From Chrysomallon squamiferum (lineage: Eukaryota; Animalia; Mollusca), in assembly GCA_012295275.1 (NCBI GenBank), contig CM022665.1, positions 8,060,001 through 8,124,000 of the forward strand: a stretch of 64,000 nt of DNA, read 5' to 3'. Numbering within the stretch: the stretch's first letter is position 1; the number at the start of each line of letters is the position of its first letter. The notes under the pieces are model-generated. The model saw only the letters and a program-made list of their open reading frames with translations, had not been told where the DNA came from and did not search any database. A program made the position numbers and the translations under genes. Below are positions 28,398 through 43,600 of this stretch, piece by piece.

Positions 28398-31300
28398 TGT
28401 TACATTAAAAACCAATAGAACAGGTTTTTTTTTTTTCTGTGAGGTTAAAATATCAATGTGTAAGTTCATAAATTATTGAACAAAATGTTAATTGGTCATA
28501 TCAGAATGTATGTTTATTTACAAAGAAGAAAATCCGGTGGTTGGAACAGACACTGTCCACATTGCTCAGGATCTGTGAGACAGATATTAATTTTGTGTGA
28601 TAGAGGTTGCATGGTTAGAACTAGAGTTTTATTTTTTAAATGCAGAATTTATATCAGTTTATTTGTTGTTTGTCTACACCAGTGTTTATTACATCAGTCC
28701 CTCTGACTGAAACAAATTTTATTTATGAAAGTGTCGAGAGTTAAACCATATATTCAGTGCCAACTTAAATATGACTTAATATATATTTCTCAGCTGGCCA
28801 AAGTGTTTTGATTGTTATACATATCCCACCTGTTATCAGTGTTAATACTGAGCCACAAAGGATACATTTTTTTTAATTCTTTGTTTATTTAGAAAGGCTA
28901 AAGTTTTTAAAAATAACAAGCAGTGAATTTAAAATTAATGTTATTTTTATTTAATTTGTTATTATCAAGGTAATAAGGTGTAATACTTTGAAAGGTTCTT
29001 TTTTTTTTTGAAAGAAGCATAACATATACATTTTGTTTCTTTATAATGAACATTTGCAGAATGATGTAGAATTATAGATAAAAATTGGTTTTCTTTTATT
29101 CAATAAATTTATTTTTAATTTTTATAATTTAATTGAGCTATGGTTTCTTGATAATGAGATTACAGCTGGAAAAGATATTACAGTTAAATTACACATGTTG
29201 ATTTAGTTTACTGATTGAATGTAAAACAAATACGGTAAGTTCTTTAATGCTGCTGAGATAAGATATAGTAAGAACTTCTCAAAGTACTGGTCATTTTCAT
29301 GACAGTATTTTTTACAAAATCATCTCAGAGACCCCTCAACAAAAACCATTGATAGTATACTTTGTAAACAGTGGGGAATAATTACTTACATATTTAAAAT
29401 GCTAAACTATACAACCTACAATATTTCTTAGTATAGTTTATATATCATTGTTTTATCACTAATCTGTACAGTTATAACTTCTGTCTCTGGCTTACAGAGA
29501 ATCCAGCTTGAGTGCTGTTTTTTCCACATACATATCAGACTATATTCTGCATTATAAATATTTATTCTAGTTGGTTATAATTCTGAATTTATAATTGTGC
29601 ATTTTATACATTATAGCTGCAAACAGCTATTTTATATATTATAGTCTGATGAAATCTGCTGACTTTTTTTTTTTGTTAGACTCCATTCAAAATAATGTTA
29701 AAAAACAACTTTGAAGCAGATTTTTTTAAAGACTAAATAGCATATTTCAGTATATCATACCATTCCATTGTCTTTCAAGTAACCAACTTGAAATATAACA
29801 TTTATTTATAATTATGTACACGGAAGTTTTTTCTGTAAAATGATATGAATCTTATCAATGAAAAAAATGGTTATCTCTCATTACAATATATCATTCATTA
29901 AGCAAATGCCTAATCAGTTAACAAGAGCTTTACAAGATACACATTTATATTGTTTCTTGCGTGCTCATGACAGATAAATTTATGATAAATATAGCAGGTA
30001 TACCTTAAAAGAAACGGCACCATGACAAATTGCATTAAAATACAGGTATTTAATATCTCAGTAGCTTATATAATTAGTGTTTGGTTTTCCTTTTGTAACA
30101 ATAGAATAACTGTGATAGTATAGTTATAAAAGTACATCAGTTATTTACTTTATTATTAAATATTTTAGAGTAAATCAAAGATATCATTACTCAAACCAGC
30201 TAATAACAATCAAAAGGATGCTGTTGTTTTAAACAGCATAGTAACTTAGGTTTCAGTAATTTATTGTTTCTCACATAGCATTGCACATATTGTTACTGTT
30301 TTTGTAGCCATGCACAAATTGTTACTATAGTTTATTTTATTTTTGAGGGGGGAGGGAATGTTTTGTTTTATTGATATGTAACTAGCAATAATTTTATTTT
30401 TTCTCTGTAATTATAAGCTCATATTTCTTTTATGCTATTGTAATTTGATGAATTGGAAAAATTACTTTGTTTTTTGTATAGACAGGCTTAAAATATATTT
30501 TGTTAATTGCATTTAATTTATGCTTGTTATTTAAATTGTGTGAAAGGTTAAATTCTGTAGTGGATTGTTCAGGTATTTTATTTATTGTTATCTTTACCAT
30601 TTTGCTTTATTATTTTCTTGTCACATTTATATTTATTTAAGGTGATAAAATATTCATTTGCTTGAAATTGATTTGTGTTTTTTTTACTTTTATATATATA
30701 TATATAGGGCGATGTTAAAGATTAAAAAACTAAAACAAGAAAACAAATAAATAAAATTTAGTAGGAAAGTATCAATAATATCAATATAAATATATAATAT
30801 GTATATTTTTGGTGGCAGTAATTGAATTTCATAGTTCATGCACTAGCAAATTAAAATGGATTAATAACACTGATGGAACAAAATGTTTTAAAATATTTAC
30901 ACAGGTGAAAGGAAAAGAAAAGGAAGATACTATCAATTACAGGTTTATAGTTTTCTAATCTTTTTAATTAAACATTCTCTAGTATTCAAAGAGATGGTAA
31001 AAAAGTTAACTTTTGTTTAAATAAAGGAAGATTCCAGTGTGATCTTCTGATATGTGTTGACCATCCAGTAAAATAAATTAGAATTTAAACTACCTGTGTA
31101 CTTAGGGCAGATAGCTTAGAGGGAACATTGTCTATAGATAAACCAGATTTGTGACATACCTGTCACACAGAAGTGAAAACATTTGAGGTTTGAAAATAGT
31201 TTTAAGATGTTTTTAAGAAACAGAAACAATTAAAAACAAAATTCATGTTTATATACTGACTCAGTCTACATCATTAAATGATTGCCACATTCACAGTAAC

Positions 31301-32665
31301 TCGGTATACACAGGATGGCCCGGGATTAACTAATGTAGTGAAGTAACTAGAACATCACAGCCTGAAGTGGCCAGGTCATGATCAGTGAAGACAATCAACA
31401 ACAACTTGCATCCTTCTTCACTTAAAAGATAATGCTTAGCCCTTGATTAATGTTTGCTAAATTTAAAGTTTTATGTTCATTTATTATAAAATTAGAGATT
31501 AATGACTGTATAGAAAACTGTGGGCCACATTGTGTCGGTCTCGTGTGTGTGTAAAAAAACCCAATAAAACACCTTTAAATGTATTTTAATTTTTTTATTA
31601 TATAATATTATCATGTAACTAACAAAAATGCAGAAATCTTACAAACATTTAAAAAAAAATGAAAAGGTTTTTACAATACTAGTTTTACAGAGTAACTGCC
31701 TTATATACATGTTGTAAAAATCATCCAACAGGAAAATAAGACATAAGTTATAATGAACTGCTATTTTTTTAATAAATATTTTGTTCTCAGATTTCTTAGT
31801 TAATAAACTAATTAAAATATAACTTCATATAAAATAAACGCGAATGGTAAAAAAAAAATATAATAATAAAAAAAATTATAATTTGACTTGGAGAGAATTA
31901 AAAGGTGAAATGCACCAAAGGTGTGTATTTTGCTGAATTTTTTTTTTTTTTTTTTTTAAACACAAAATATGATGTAAAACAATGTTTGTTCAAAATCTAA
32001 AATTATGGATCATATTAATTAAATGCTGAAATGTGAGGTATTTCTGTGCTTGAGGTCTTTTCCACTTTTAATCCAGAATTCTAAATGCTTTGAAATAATT
32101 TAAAGAAACAAAAAAGGTATTTCAATTACAGAAAAATATGTTGTCAAAGACTGCTGCTTATGTTCTTCATAAAATTGTGTTTTCAGTGTAAATAACTATT
32201 TTTGTTCATATTCCCAAATATAAAACATTAATGCTATCAGTCTATGAAGTTGGAAAATATAAAAATACATCACAAAACAGATATTTTTGTTACAAAATGA
32301 AATGAATAACAAACTTTCAAAAGTACATATGGTCTGAAAAATGAAATAAAATTATTTACAGATAATGAAAAATAATGAAAATTTCTGAAATTATTACAAA
32401 TTATATATAAAAATAATGAAATGGTTGTGAAATGTTCTATTTATCTGGACTGTTATAATAATCACTAATTTTTTATAAATAATTTTTTATTTAACCTCAT
32501 AGTATAAATGACTATTGCAAATTTGTATGAAATATATACGATTTATTTGACATATGATCAACACTCAGTGCTGACTTACCACAAAAAAACAACAAAAAAA
32601 CCCACAAAAATAATGGGCATTCAAAACTGTGTTTGTTTAGAAAATTGTATGTGTGTGTGTAAGTG

Positions 32666-32701
<36 letters not shown>

Positions 32702-34620
32702 ATTTAATAGATGGAAAATACCAGAATCTTTAACTTCTTAACTTAAGAAAAAACAATACTGGCTAGTTTCAAAATAATAAAGGATTTTTTTAACCCATGT
32801 TTTAATTTATTTATTTATTTATTTATTTATTCATTCATTCATTCATTTATTTATTTTGTAAATGTTTACCGATGAAACATTTCTCCAACTATTTGTGCAA
32901 ATTTTAATATCAAAATAAACATTAAAAGTCATAATAAATTAAAGGAATGTGGCATTGATGTGGCTTATATATACCAGGTATCGGTATGGTGCTAAATAAT
33001 AAAAAACGAGAATGCACTTTTTAGATTTGGGGGCCCAATGTTCTCAGATTACAAAAGCCTCAATTGTAATTTTATAGTTTTAAAAAGTCAAATGTATATT
33101 TCACAAAAATCAAGTTAACATTACCGTTGATTTATTAATTTACAAAAAAGAAGTGAAAAAAGAATTGTTAGTTTGTTATTGGTAGCTGATTATCACAGAA
33201 AAGCATTCTAAACAAAAACGTAAGTATAACAGTAGTGGAAAACACATCCATCATCTCATTCAGCAGAAGGAGACACATAATAACAAACAGAAACATTTTA
33301 AAATGGTCATGTAGGAATCCTAGGATCGTCTTAATATAAGCAAATCCCTTTTCAGAATTCCTGAATCCAGCCATGAATACAAAACATTTAATATAAATTT
33401 CTTTCAAATGAAATGTTCATTCATTTTTTGGTTTTTCAAAATGCAGCAGGAAAAGCAATATTTACTTATAAAGCAGATGGCATGGGGTTTTGCCTCTGGG
33501 TTTATGTGGCTCAATACAATTTTAAAAAGAACTCTTCACAAAATTAAAGATACCCTTTGTATATTTGAAATAAAATCTTACATTAACTGTTCAATATGTT
33601 CAACCTTTTAATCAAAACCTTCAGGAAACAAAATGAAATTATTGCTATCCACAATATATATGGTCTTAGATCAGTACATTTATATTTTTGATTAATTTAG
33701 TCCTCCTACAAAACAATTTTGCAAGTGATATATTTTTTTTCAGTAGTGATCATTTAATGTTATTCAGTCTAATTCAATAAAAGGATGACACTGTAATTTA
33801 TACATCATATTTACATTCAGTATATGTTAACCATTGTCAAAAAACCCCACCAATAGTTGCTTCACTGATATCACAAAATCAGTAATTAGTATATTTAATA
33901 TATTTGATTATGTTCTTTTTGTCACTTTTTTACACCACAGATTTCATTAACACAAATGGTATTTCATTTCTGACATGATGTATCCTGTATCATATTAATA
34001 TTTATTTACATTTACTTAATAACATTGGTATACTAGATGAACCTGTATGCTCTGGTTCACATATATAACAAAATGTTAGTAATGTTGTTCAAAATGGATA
34101 GGACATTTCTTTAATAATTAATGATTTCCTTGCTTGAAATCAACCATGTATCACAGGTCATGAGATTCAGCTGAATGATACATTACATGCTTGATTGATA
34201 ATAGTTCTTTAGCAATAAATGTTTTCTACTAGTAACAACAACAGTGCAATTCTAAAAGTACTGAAGGATTAACATCATATTTATTCTGCTGTCAGGGAAA
34301 AAAAAAAAAAAAAAATGACCATCACTTATCAAGTCTTTTTGCTTCTGTTAATGATGTTCCTGATGTAAGCTAAAATTACAGAGAGATCTATATATGTACT
34401 GAATATGAATAATATGTTCTAAATCTCAGGCTTATGATTGATATACAACACTAGGAAACATAACAGACACAAGACTTCTGTACATAAACATAGCTGTATA
34501 CAGACTAGAACAAAAAAATTAATGGTATTAGTGCTGGGAAACTGGTACATATAGATGGTTGATTTAAATATGTGTCAGCCTTCCATGATTTTGGAATGCA
34601 TAAAACATCTGTGGTTGTTT

Positions 34621-37600
34621 CTAAGAAGGTGAAGTCTTTGATTTCTGAAGGTGTGAGGCTGAAATCACAGGCTGATGTGTGGCTGGACTAGGACTTGGTG
34701 TTCTTGATCTCAATCTGCGTTGAGATTTGGTCAGAGTCTCCTGAAAACAATCAGTCAATGGTGTTAGCATTAAATTGTATACAAGTTTATTTATCATAAT
34801 AAGTGTATATAGGGAAATCAAAGTCAACTTCTGTTTTCTCAGATAAATTTTATCTAATAAAACCTGACAGTCCTATTAAATTTATAATTTGTCATTATGT
34901 AATAATCATTAACAACACAAAATTATAAATGCTTCTTTTGAAATATTTAATCGCACACAACACACATACACACATGCACACGCAAATGCACACTCACTAA
35001 TCCTTAGCTGATGGTAAAGCCTAAAACAATCTAAAATGGTATTCTTTATGCTCCTGAAAATTATTTTAATGATATGGATTTTAATATATGATATTTTTGC
35101 ATGCTAAGGATATTATTCGAAAAATAAGGAAAAATGAATTAAAGCAGCAAAGCAGTAGTATTTATGTAAAATGTATTTATCTAAAGTTTATCTGTGATGG
35201 TTGAAATGAAATAGTCTAAAATGTTTTCATATACTTCCACATGATTATATATTTGAACAACAGACTAATCTTTTCTAATAATTACGTATTATAATAAACA
35301 TGATACATACTGACTGTCAGTTACCTTTTAGTTATATCATTTTTAAACATAGAGAAAACGTACATGCTTATGAATCATCTGCCCTAGTTTTAGTGCACTG
35401 ATCATTTTAAAATATATTTATTTATTTATCTATGATCGGAATAAATATAAAATAATCATTTGGAAGCATACATATTTAGACTTTGTATGGCCATGTAAAG
35501 TTAATACTAGGGTATTTTATAAATATTTGTATAACATATTTGTATAAAACATTTTTATATTATTTCATATGTACAGCCACACACACACAAACTTCATATG
35601 CATGAAAACACCCACACACACACACACACATAACTGAATGAATAATGTTTATAAAATCAAGAAAGCAAGTGATACACTGTTTATTAGCCAGTAAGATAAT
35701 ATATTAATAAATATATTTTTCTTATTACAAACGTTACCCATGCATCTAAAAATAAAATGCCTTGTAGGAAGCACATGCTGCAGATTATTAAATAAACTGT
35801 TCTTTTTTTCAAAAGTTACTTTACATAAATTTATTAGTTACCGTGTCTGAAAATAAACCAAATGCAAAACAATCATCTCAGTGCAACATTACATATAAAA
35901 CACTGGATTCACCATAAACTACTATGTTTTTATCAAACTTGTGAAGAAATCTTATTTAATATTAAGACATTTTATCAAAGGAATTATCTAGACATTATTT
36001 TATTATCGTAGACTAATGAAATTGCCATAGCTTTTCTAGAACTAATAAAATGAATAAAATGGTATTCTAAAAATAGCACTATCAAAACCAACTAAACAGA
36101 AGATTCATAAAATGGTGAATTATGCTAGAAAGCAAAATTGAAAAAATGCTAAATGTAACTACCATCTAAAAGATTTAAATATATCAATAAATACCTGTCA
36201 TGAGATTTTAATCCTGAAGAATGGGGAAGCAGAAACATTAAAAATTTAATTTAAACACTTTCTGTACTATTTCAACATTTGCTAAGATTTTTTTTTTTAT
36301 TATTATTTCCCACATCCACAATTATCTCAGCCACATATTTTAATTACTAACTGAAAAAAAAGAAAAAAAAAGAGGAAAATATGTCTTCTGTTTTAAGACA
36401 GTTAAGCATTCAAAGCAAAATAAACATTTCTTATCATTTTATTAAAACTATAATGCTTGAAAGAAAAAGACGTTAATTTTATTCAAGTAGTGATTAAAAC
36501 TTTAAATGTTTTGTTTTAATTTTTACCTGACTGGGAGCTGCATGACTGCAGTGTTCTTCTCCTTTTAACAGTTCCTGTAATCCAGATAACATTATATTAT
36601 TATATTTTGTTAGATAACATGTAATCAGAATAAAATTTGTGTACTGAATTAAATAATTTGTACTTCATTAAACAATACAGGATGAGTTGAAAGTAGCATC
36701 CAATTTCATTTGTTAGATTCTTCTGGGATGTTATGTGGTTAATGATTGTCTTCCAGATTACTTATTTTTGTAATTTATTTATTTTTGATCTGTTCTGCAG
36801 GTTACCCCTTTGAGTTTGGAAAGTTACTGATTTGCCCTGTATTTATTAGTAACTGTATCTGAAATTATGATATTTAAAATATATGCAGTTTGATTCAGAA
36901 TCTGAAAACTATTTTTGAATTCCACAATTTAAAAGCAGCTTTTCTTTACACATCTGTGTGAAATATTGATATAGATCATCATGGAAACATAATTTCAAAT
37001 GAGATAACAGAAAATGTTTTGTCAGGAAACAATTAAGACTGTAATTATAAATGTAACGTCAATCTTTTAGTGTAACACATACATCAGAGGGAGATGTTCC
37101 CAGCTTATTATCTTGGTGTTTTGAGGGCAACAGGCCATGAAATGAGGCATGGCGTCGCACACTGGTACTTGATTTCTTGAAAGCTCCACCTTCCATGATG
37201 ATAGGACTGTGTGTTGGGCGGCCTTCAAGATCTGTGACAATATTTGGTACAACAGCACCTCCAGATGGTGTTCTACAAAAAAATAAAATACAAAAAGTTA
37301 AAAACAGTTATAGTCTTTTTTTTAAACACATATTTCATTTATTTGGAATAGTCGCTTTTCTGATATATTTAGCATCTTCTATTTTAATTTGATTAAAAAA
37401 ACACTGGTGAAAAAAAATTAAACAAACTGTAAATGAGAACTTGAACTGTACCTCCGATGTGTTCGTCTTGTTCTTGAAGACCGACCTTCATCAGAATGGC
37501 TACCTGATGAACCATCAGAACGAGATGGGGCTCTTGGTGGAACTCCACTAATTTCTGAAGACTGATCACCATCACTATCACTAATACGACGTTCTCTAGA

Positions 37601-40600
37601 AGAATTCTTCTCATCATCAGATGGCAGTTTTGAAAATTTATCACCTGATAAATTTTTCTTTCTCTTGCCTTCTCGCAATGTTTTTTCTTGTGATTTTGTG
37701 AAAGCCTCAAGCTTCTGAAGAAGTTTGCTTCCCAAGCTGCGAGATTCTTGCCTTGAACTGCTGGAAACTGCAAGAGGTATATCACCTTCAGAACCAGAGG
37801 AATGGTGTCTGCGAGATGATCGTACTGATTCTGATGATCCATCATCTAAAACCACATTAGGAACAGGTAGTTGTCTATGTTTTGGCATTTGACTTGACAC
37901 ATTATCTGAGGCACTGAAAGAACTGGATTTTTTAATATTTTGTAATCTTTGTTCTATTGCATCAGCAACATTTATTCTCTTTCTTTCACCAATCGTAGAA
38001 GACTCCATGTCAAAAGAATCAGGCACCATTGGACTGCTAGGACGACTCCCAGATGAATGTCTTTTCCGACCATCAAGCACAGGTTTACTTGCACCTGAAT
38101 TTTCAGTCTCTTTTATAATGCAAGGTTCCATTGTTGAAGTATTGTCATCAAATCGAATGTTAAGTTCCTTGCTTCTTCTTCTTTGGTACCCATGAAGTCT
38201 GCCATCACGGTGAGATTCACTGCCTGAACCATCAGATCCTTTCCCAGAAGAATCTTTTGTCTCTGATCCTGGACTTCTACTTAGCTGGTTTTGACTTTCT
38301 CTGCAGACAGTATTATCCACATCACCTGCCTCATTAATTTTTTCAGAACTTCCACTCTGACGGTCTTTACTCCGACTTCTTTTGCTTGCTTTTTCTCGAG
38401 ATTCTTTCAATCTTGTAGTAGTTTGTTCAACAACTTTTGCAGTGATGTTCTGCAAGTTGTTTTGGAAAAATGAACTCTGTTCTAGAGTGTAAGTCTCTGA
38501 CATGCCAACAAAAGTTCTTTTAGGTTCTTCTGTGTTCAATGAACCCTGTTTCTCCCCAGCACCTGAAGAATTAATTGAGGAATCACTGATGCTTGCATTG
38601 CTGGTTGTTTTAATAGGTGAACATGACACACTGGACTGAGATGAAGATGATGGTATCTGATGACTGTCAGAGGCAGTGTTTGTCATAATAGTTTCACTCT
38701 TTGAAGAAATCTGATTTTCACACTGATACCCTCGGTTTCCCCTGTGAAAGTGTAACTTTGGATGCACAATGGTTGCTTCGGCAGCCTCTGGGTCTGCTTT
38801 GGCAGATTTAGGTCTATAATGTTCAGATGATGCTGTGACTGTAACAATGTTAGTGTTTTCTGATCTTGATCTTGACTTCTGTTTTTCAGATCGTGGAGAT
38901 TTTACACGGCGAGTTTTTCGATTCTCTCGTTTTCTGTGCTGTTTTCTGTCTGTGGTTTCTGTTGAGTCATGATCTTTGTCGCTGTCATCTGGCAGATCAC
39001 TGTCACTGCTGGGTGCTGGACGCATTTGAGAAACAGATCCCACCTTGGCTAGTTTGGCCATGATAATATTAGATTCATATGACTCACCCAAAGCTGACAG
39101 TGCTTTAATGTAAAACCTTCAAAAAATTTAAAATAATAAAATAATAATAATAATAACAATGGTAACAATAAAAAATAATTTTAAAAATAAATAAATAATA
39201 ATAATAATAATAATACATGGAAAAAACAGCATTATAAAATACTGACCACAGAAATGGCATTTTTGTTCTTTTTTGTTCAAAAACATATTTTCAATATGAT
39301 TATTATAAACACTAATTTGCCTTATATATTAAATTTTAAATAAATATTATACAAAAAAAAATGTGTTTATGAAAACTTTAAGAAGACTAGAAAATGTCTG
39401 TAGCACATACTTGTAAGTAGTCTGTGAGTCTAATCCAATGGCAGCTACAGACAGTTGGTTATTGGGTACCAACGCTTTGCACTGATCATTAATATAAACA
39501 CGGTAACCTGGGAGGAAAAAAATTAATTAAAATTAAATGCATACAGATATATTCATAATAAATTAGTTTTAAACTTGTGCCCTCAACCTACTGTGAGGAC
39601 TTATTGTCTGAAATTGTCCAAACAAGAATAAATATTGTTTTCAACTTTTCAGAAATAATTTGCTCATGTGATATAATATTTATTGTAACATACTATACTC
39701 AGTATAAAATAAATGGATCATTATTCAACTTAAGAACAAATTAAAACAGATTTTCTCTCTCTTGTTTTTTTTTTTTTAATTTTATTTAGTATCAGATTAT
39801 TTCTAAATTCCCTCAAATATTTGGTTTCAGACTTTAATTTCAGTACTTAAAATATATAAATATAAAAATAATAACTAATAATAAATACCAATAATACTGC
39901 TCTGTGCATCTCTTCCTTTCTCATCAAGAAGTTTTGAAGACATCCACTTCAGTATTACAGAGTTTTCTCCCTTATGCTGCAGTTTCAGAGAACGTGGTGG
40001 GGTGGCAACACCAAACTGAGGAATCTGACTGAAATACGTCTCTTCTTCCTCAGAAGGGTATGGGGAAAGGGAATGAGGAACAATACCTGTTATAAAGAAA
40101 AAACATTTAAAACTAAACTTTTGAAACGGACAAGAACATATTTTTAATATTTCTTTCCAACTGTAAGAAATTCAAAATTATTTTTAGAATTAAAATGTGC
40201 ACAGAATAATATATAATTATTTTGATCATCAGCAGTGACTAATAATAAAGATGCCTGTCACATTCTCTGCAACAAGCAATGTAACTGACAAAATGTCAAA
40301 CTAATTCTTCATTCTTCTTGTTGCTGTCATATAATAATAAATATTTGATCTAAAAATTAATAAAAATATATGGTGAAAGAAATAATCCATTTATTTAACT
40401 ACATAGCCAAAGAGCATTCTCAAGATGTTTATGTGTAAGAAAATAAAAAAAATTCTGCTTACTCCATCTGCCAGAGTTCAGAGAACCTAGATGACTAGGC
40501 ACGTCATATTCCTCATCAAAGTTACATGTTATTCGCAGAGAATCAGAAACATCTGAAACTAGAAAATAAATATTTTTATTATTTAATATCAAATCAGAAA

Positions 40601-43600
40601 TCATTGTTATGAAAAAGTTTAAAGTATATAAAAATTATCACCTATATACCCATGATATTTTGAATAATTTATTTTTGTTACTTGAATATGAAAGCAAATA
40701 CCTGCATTAGGACTGAGGTTAATACTGCTGGTATTGAATACATTGTTCGGCAAGGACTCAAAGGCTTTCTGTAACTGTGACACCTGTAAATATAAAAGAA
40801 AAAACCTCTTGACATAATAATAATTATGATGATGATATAAATTTTTCTTTGATAACTCACAGGAATTTTTAATATAATATTTCAAATAATTCTCTACCCA
40901 ACATAAAACTGTACATATCCAAATCTATTAAACAATTACTTGAAATTTCAATCTTAATTATTGGAAAAAATTGCAAAACCATTCTTAATACACACACACA
41001 TACAAACCAGTTAATCTCATTTGTGAATAAAAAAAATGTTTACCTGTGCTTGTAAAGCAGCACATGTTTTTTCCAAATCTCGCTGTCTCTCCAGTTCAAT
41101 GGGACTAAATGCTGATCTCAGTGTACAGTCACTCAGTCTGTCATTGGTATCTGACTTCTCATAGCTGGATGATGACTGCTGACCACTGTAAAGTCTTTGG
41201 TTTACAGAACAAGACAGTCTGTTTGAATCCTGACCCGACTGAAATGCCTGAGAAGCAAGAACTTCATTCTTCCAGTTCTGTAATGTCTGCACCTGTAACA
41301 TTATAATTTTAAAAAAAATGAAACATTTATAGATAGATAATATTACCAATAAACATGCTAAATGACTGTAACTAACATCCTACAAACATGTATGACAAAT
41401 ACTTTTAAAGACATTTTTATAATATTGTTCAGCACTAGGAAAATGAAAAAAAAAGTTATATAAGTAAAAATAATTTTAGGATACAGCAAATAGTCAACAA
41501 ACATGAAAATTTTAAAATTAATTTAGTTTTTTCATTATAAATATTTTTTTAGCCATCACCATGATCCAAGCCAATCTCAGACATTCATATTTCAAAGCAA
41601 CTGATTTTCAGTTACCATATATGTTGGCTAAAACTTACTTGATATGCAAATTATTGTTGCCAGTGGAAACCCTATATTTCTTTTCAAATTATATTTAAAT
41701 TTGCTCTCAGAACTGAAGTCAAAATAAAAAATGTTAAAAATTCAAACAAATATTTAAAAAACCCAACGAGATCATCATTCTAATGGTACTGACAGCAATA
41801 CAAACTCTGATAAATAATTAATAATTAAATACCTATATTTTTTTCAAGTATTAAAAAATATTTACCTCTTGCCATAATGATATATTTGCTGCCATCTGAA
41901 AACTCCATAGTTTTTTCTGTTCAGCACACTGTTGCCTTTGTCTAAACAAAAAAGAAATTGAAGAAATAATCATTTTGCTTTTGAGTTCTTTAAGATGACT
42001 TGTACATTTCATTTTTGCTGGTGTTTGTGGATGTGAATGTACATGGATAAATGTATTTGTTCATGTCTGTGTATATAAATATATTTATCCACTTATGTTT
42101 ATATACATGCAGTGAAACCCTTCAAAACCAGACCCTAAGTAAATATGAATTTGCTCAAAACCTGGTATTTTCACACTGTTCAACGATTTACCCTTCTAAA
42201 ACTGATAAAATTATCCAGTCCCACGTTGTTCCTTTAATGCAAATTTTAGCTCATAAAACCAAACAGTCACACAATGTCAGTCATTACTGTATTACTTAAA
42301 CTTTGAATGCTCACTCATTTAACAATGTGACTGCATATGCAAAGCTAATTATATATGCATTCTCCAGAGTTACTGTTGTGCAATTGACAAATACCAGTTA
42401 AGAGATTAAAAGTTTTGATGTTTAAATAACTGGAGGAAATACATGTACTCCCTCAGTTGCTACAAAGTTAGATTAACAAACACATTTGACTGAGCTCCTT
42501 TTCATAGCTTATATGTACATTTAATGATTACTGCAAAGAGTGGCCAAGTGGCTAGGAATTTATTTCATTTTTCCAACTGTCTGAATCCTTTTTTGTAATT
42601 GTTATTGGAGTTTTTTTTTTTTTATTTTTTTTTTTTTTTTTTATCTCTGCAAAGTTTATTTAATAAAATAAAGAGCAAATAAGAGTAAAATTGTTTGGCT
42701 TGGTTTGATGGGAAATTTGTCAACACTGTTTCATTTCAGTATCTACTATGGACATGTTGTAATGTACAGCAAAACACTGTTGAACAACAATGGATGCATT
42801 TCTCAGCATGGACTCATTATTTATTATTGTGAATTCTTGATAAATTCAAAATGTTTCTATAAATCATAATAAATGCTCGTTTTATTCAAATTTGATTGGG
42901 TTTTTTTTTTTTGCAGCTTTATTATATCAGTAGAGAACACCAATCAACAAACAATATACTTCTAGACTGAAACCTCTATGAACCAGATGCCACTTAAAAC
43001 TAGACTTTTTACTTGGTCCAGTGGCTCTCTGATTTTGAAGGTTTTCATTGTACACATACAAGTAGTATAGTTATTCTACTTTTAATTAAAAACAAAAATC
43101 AAAATGAAAAAAAAAAAAAAAATCTCACTGTTCTAATTCCTCCTTTAGCATTTCAATATGGTCTTCAGCCCTCCTCGCACGAATTTCTTTTCTGATAGAA
43201 ACAACTTCTGGATTGTGCTGTCTGGCAAAATATCCTCGCCAAAATGACTGGATTGTCACAGCTGCTTTATATTCTAATTTAAATAAACCAAAGTATCTGT
43301 TAGTGTTCAGTTTGATTCATATTTGAGATTATTTACTTTTTTTATTTATTTCATTATTTTATTTTGTTTTTGTTTGTTGTTGTTGCTCAAAATTCTATTA
43401 AAGCTTTAAAAAATTTGATAAAAATGTGTATGTTATGGAATGATGATAATAAGCAATATTTTTAAAGCAGTCTCAAATATTATAATTTTATGTATATGCT
43501 CAACATGGTTATAATTGTAAATCAGTTTACATTACTTTCACATTTAATTACTACTTATGTCAGCTATGTGAATTAAAAAAAAAAAAAAAAAACTTTCAGT

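Noticed and set aside
28476-33611. Short ORFs between CCDC28 and CEP97
   Set aside because: AT-rich 3' UTR or intergenic sequence with no coding signature; no tRNA, rRNA or other structured RNA gene recognised.
36195-36859. Possible extra minus-strand mini-exons near 36195-36213 and 36807-36859
   Set aside because: Splice-like signals exist, but both would introduce a stop or frameshift, and nothing else supports them.
37418-39091. 557-aa ORF as a standalone gene
   Set aside because: Bounded by an acceptor at 39117-39119 and a donor at 37450-37451, in phase with neighbouring exons; it is an internal CEP97 exon. The same applies to 43636-44412.
42110-42730. Possible mariner-like MITE starting CAGTGAAACC
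   Set aside because: No convincing matching right TIR.
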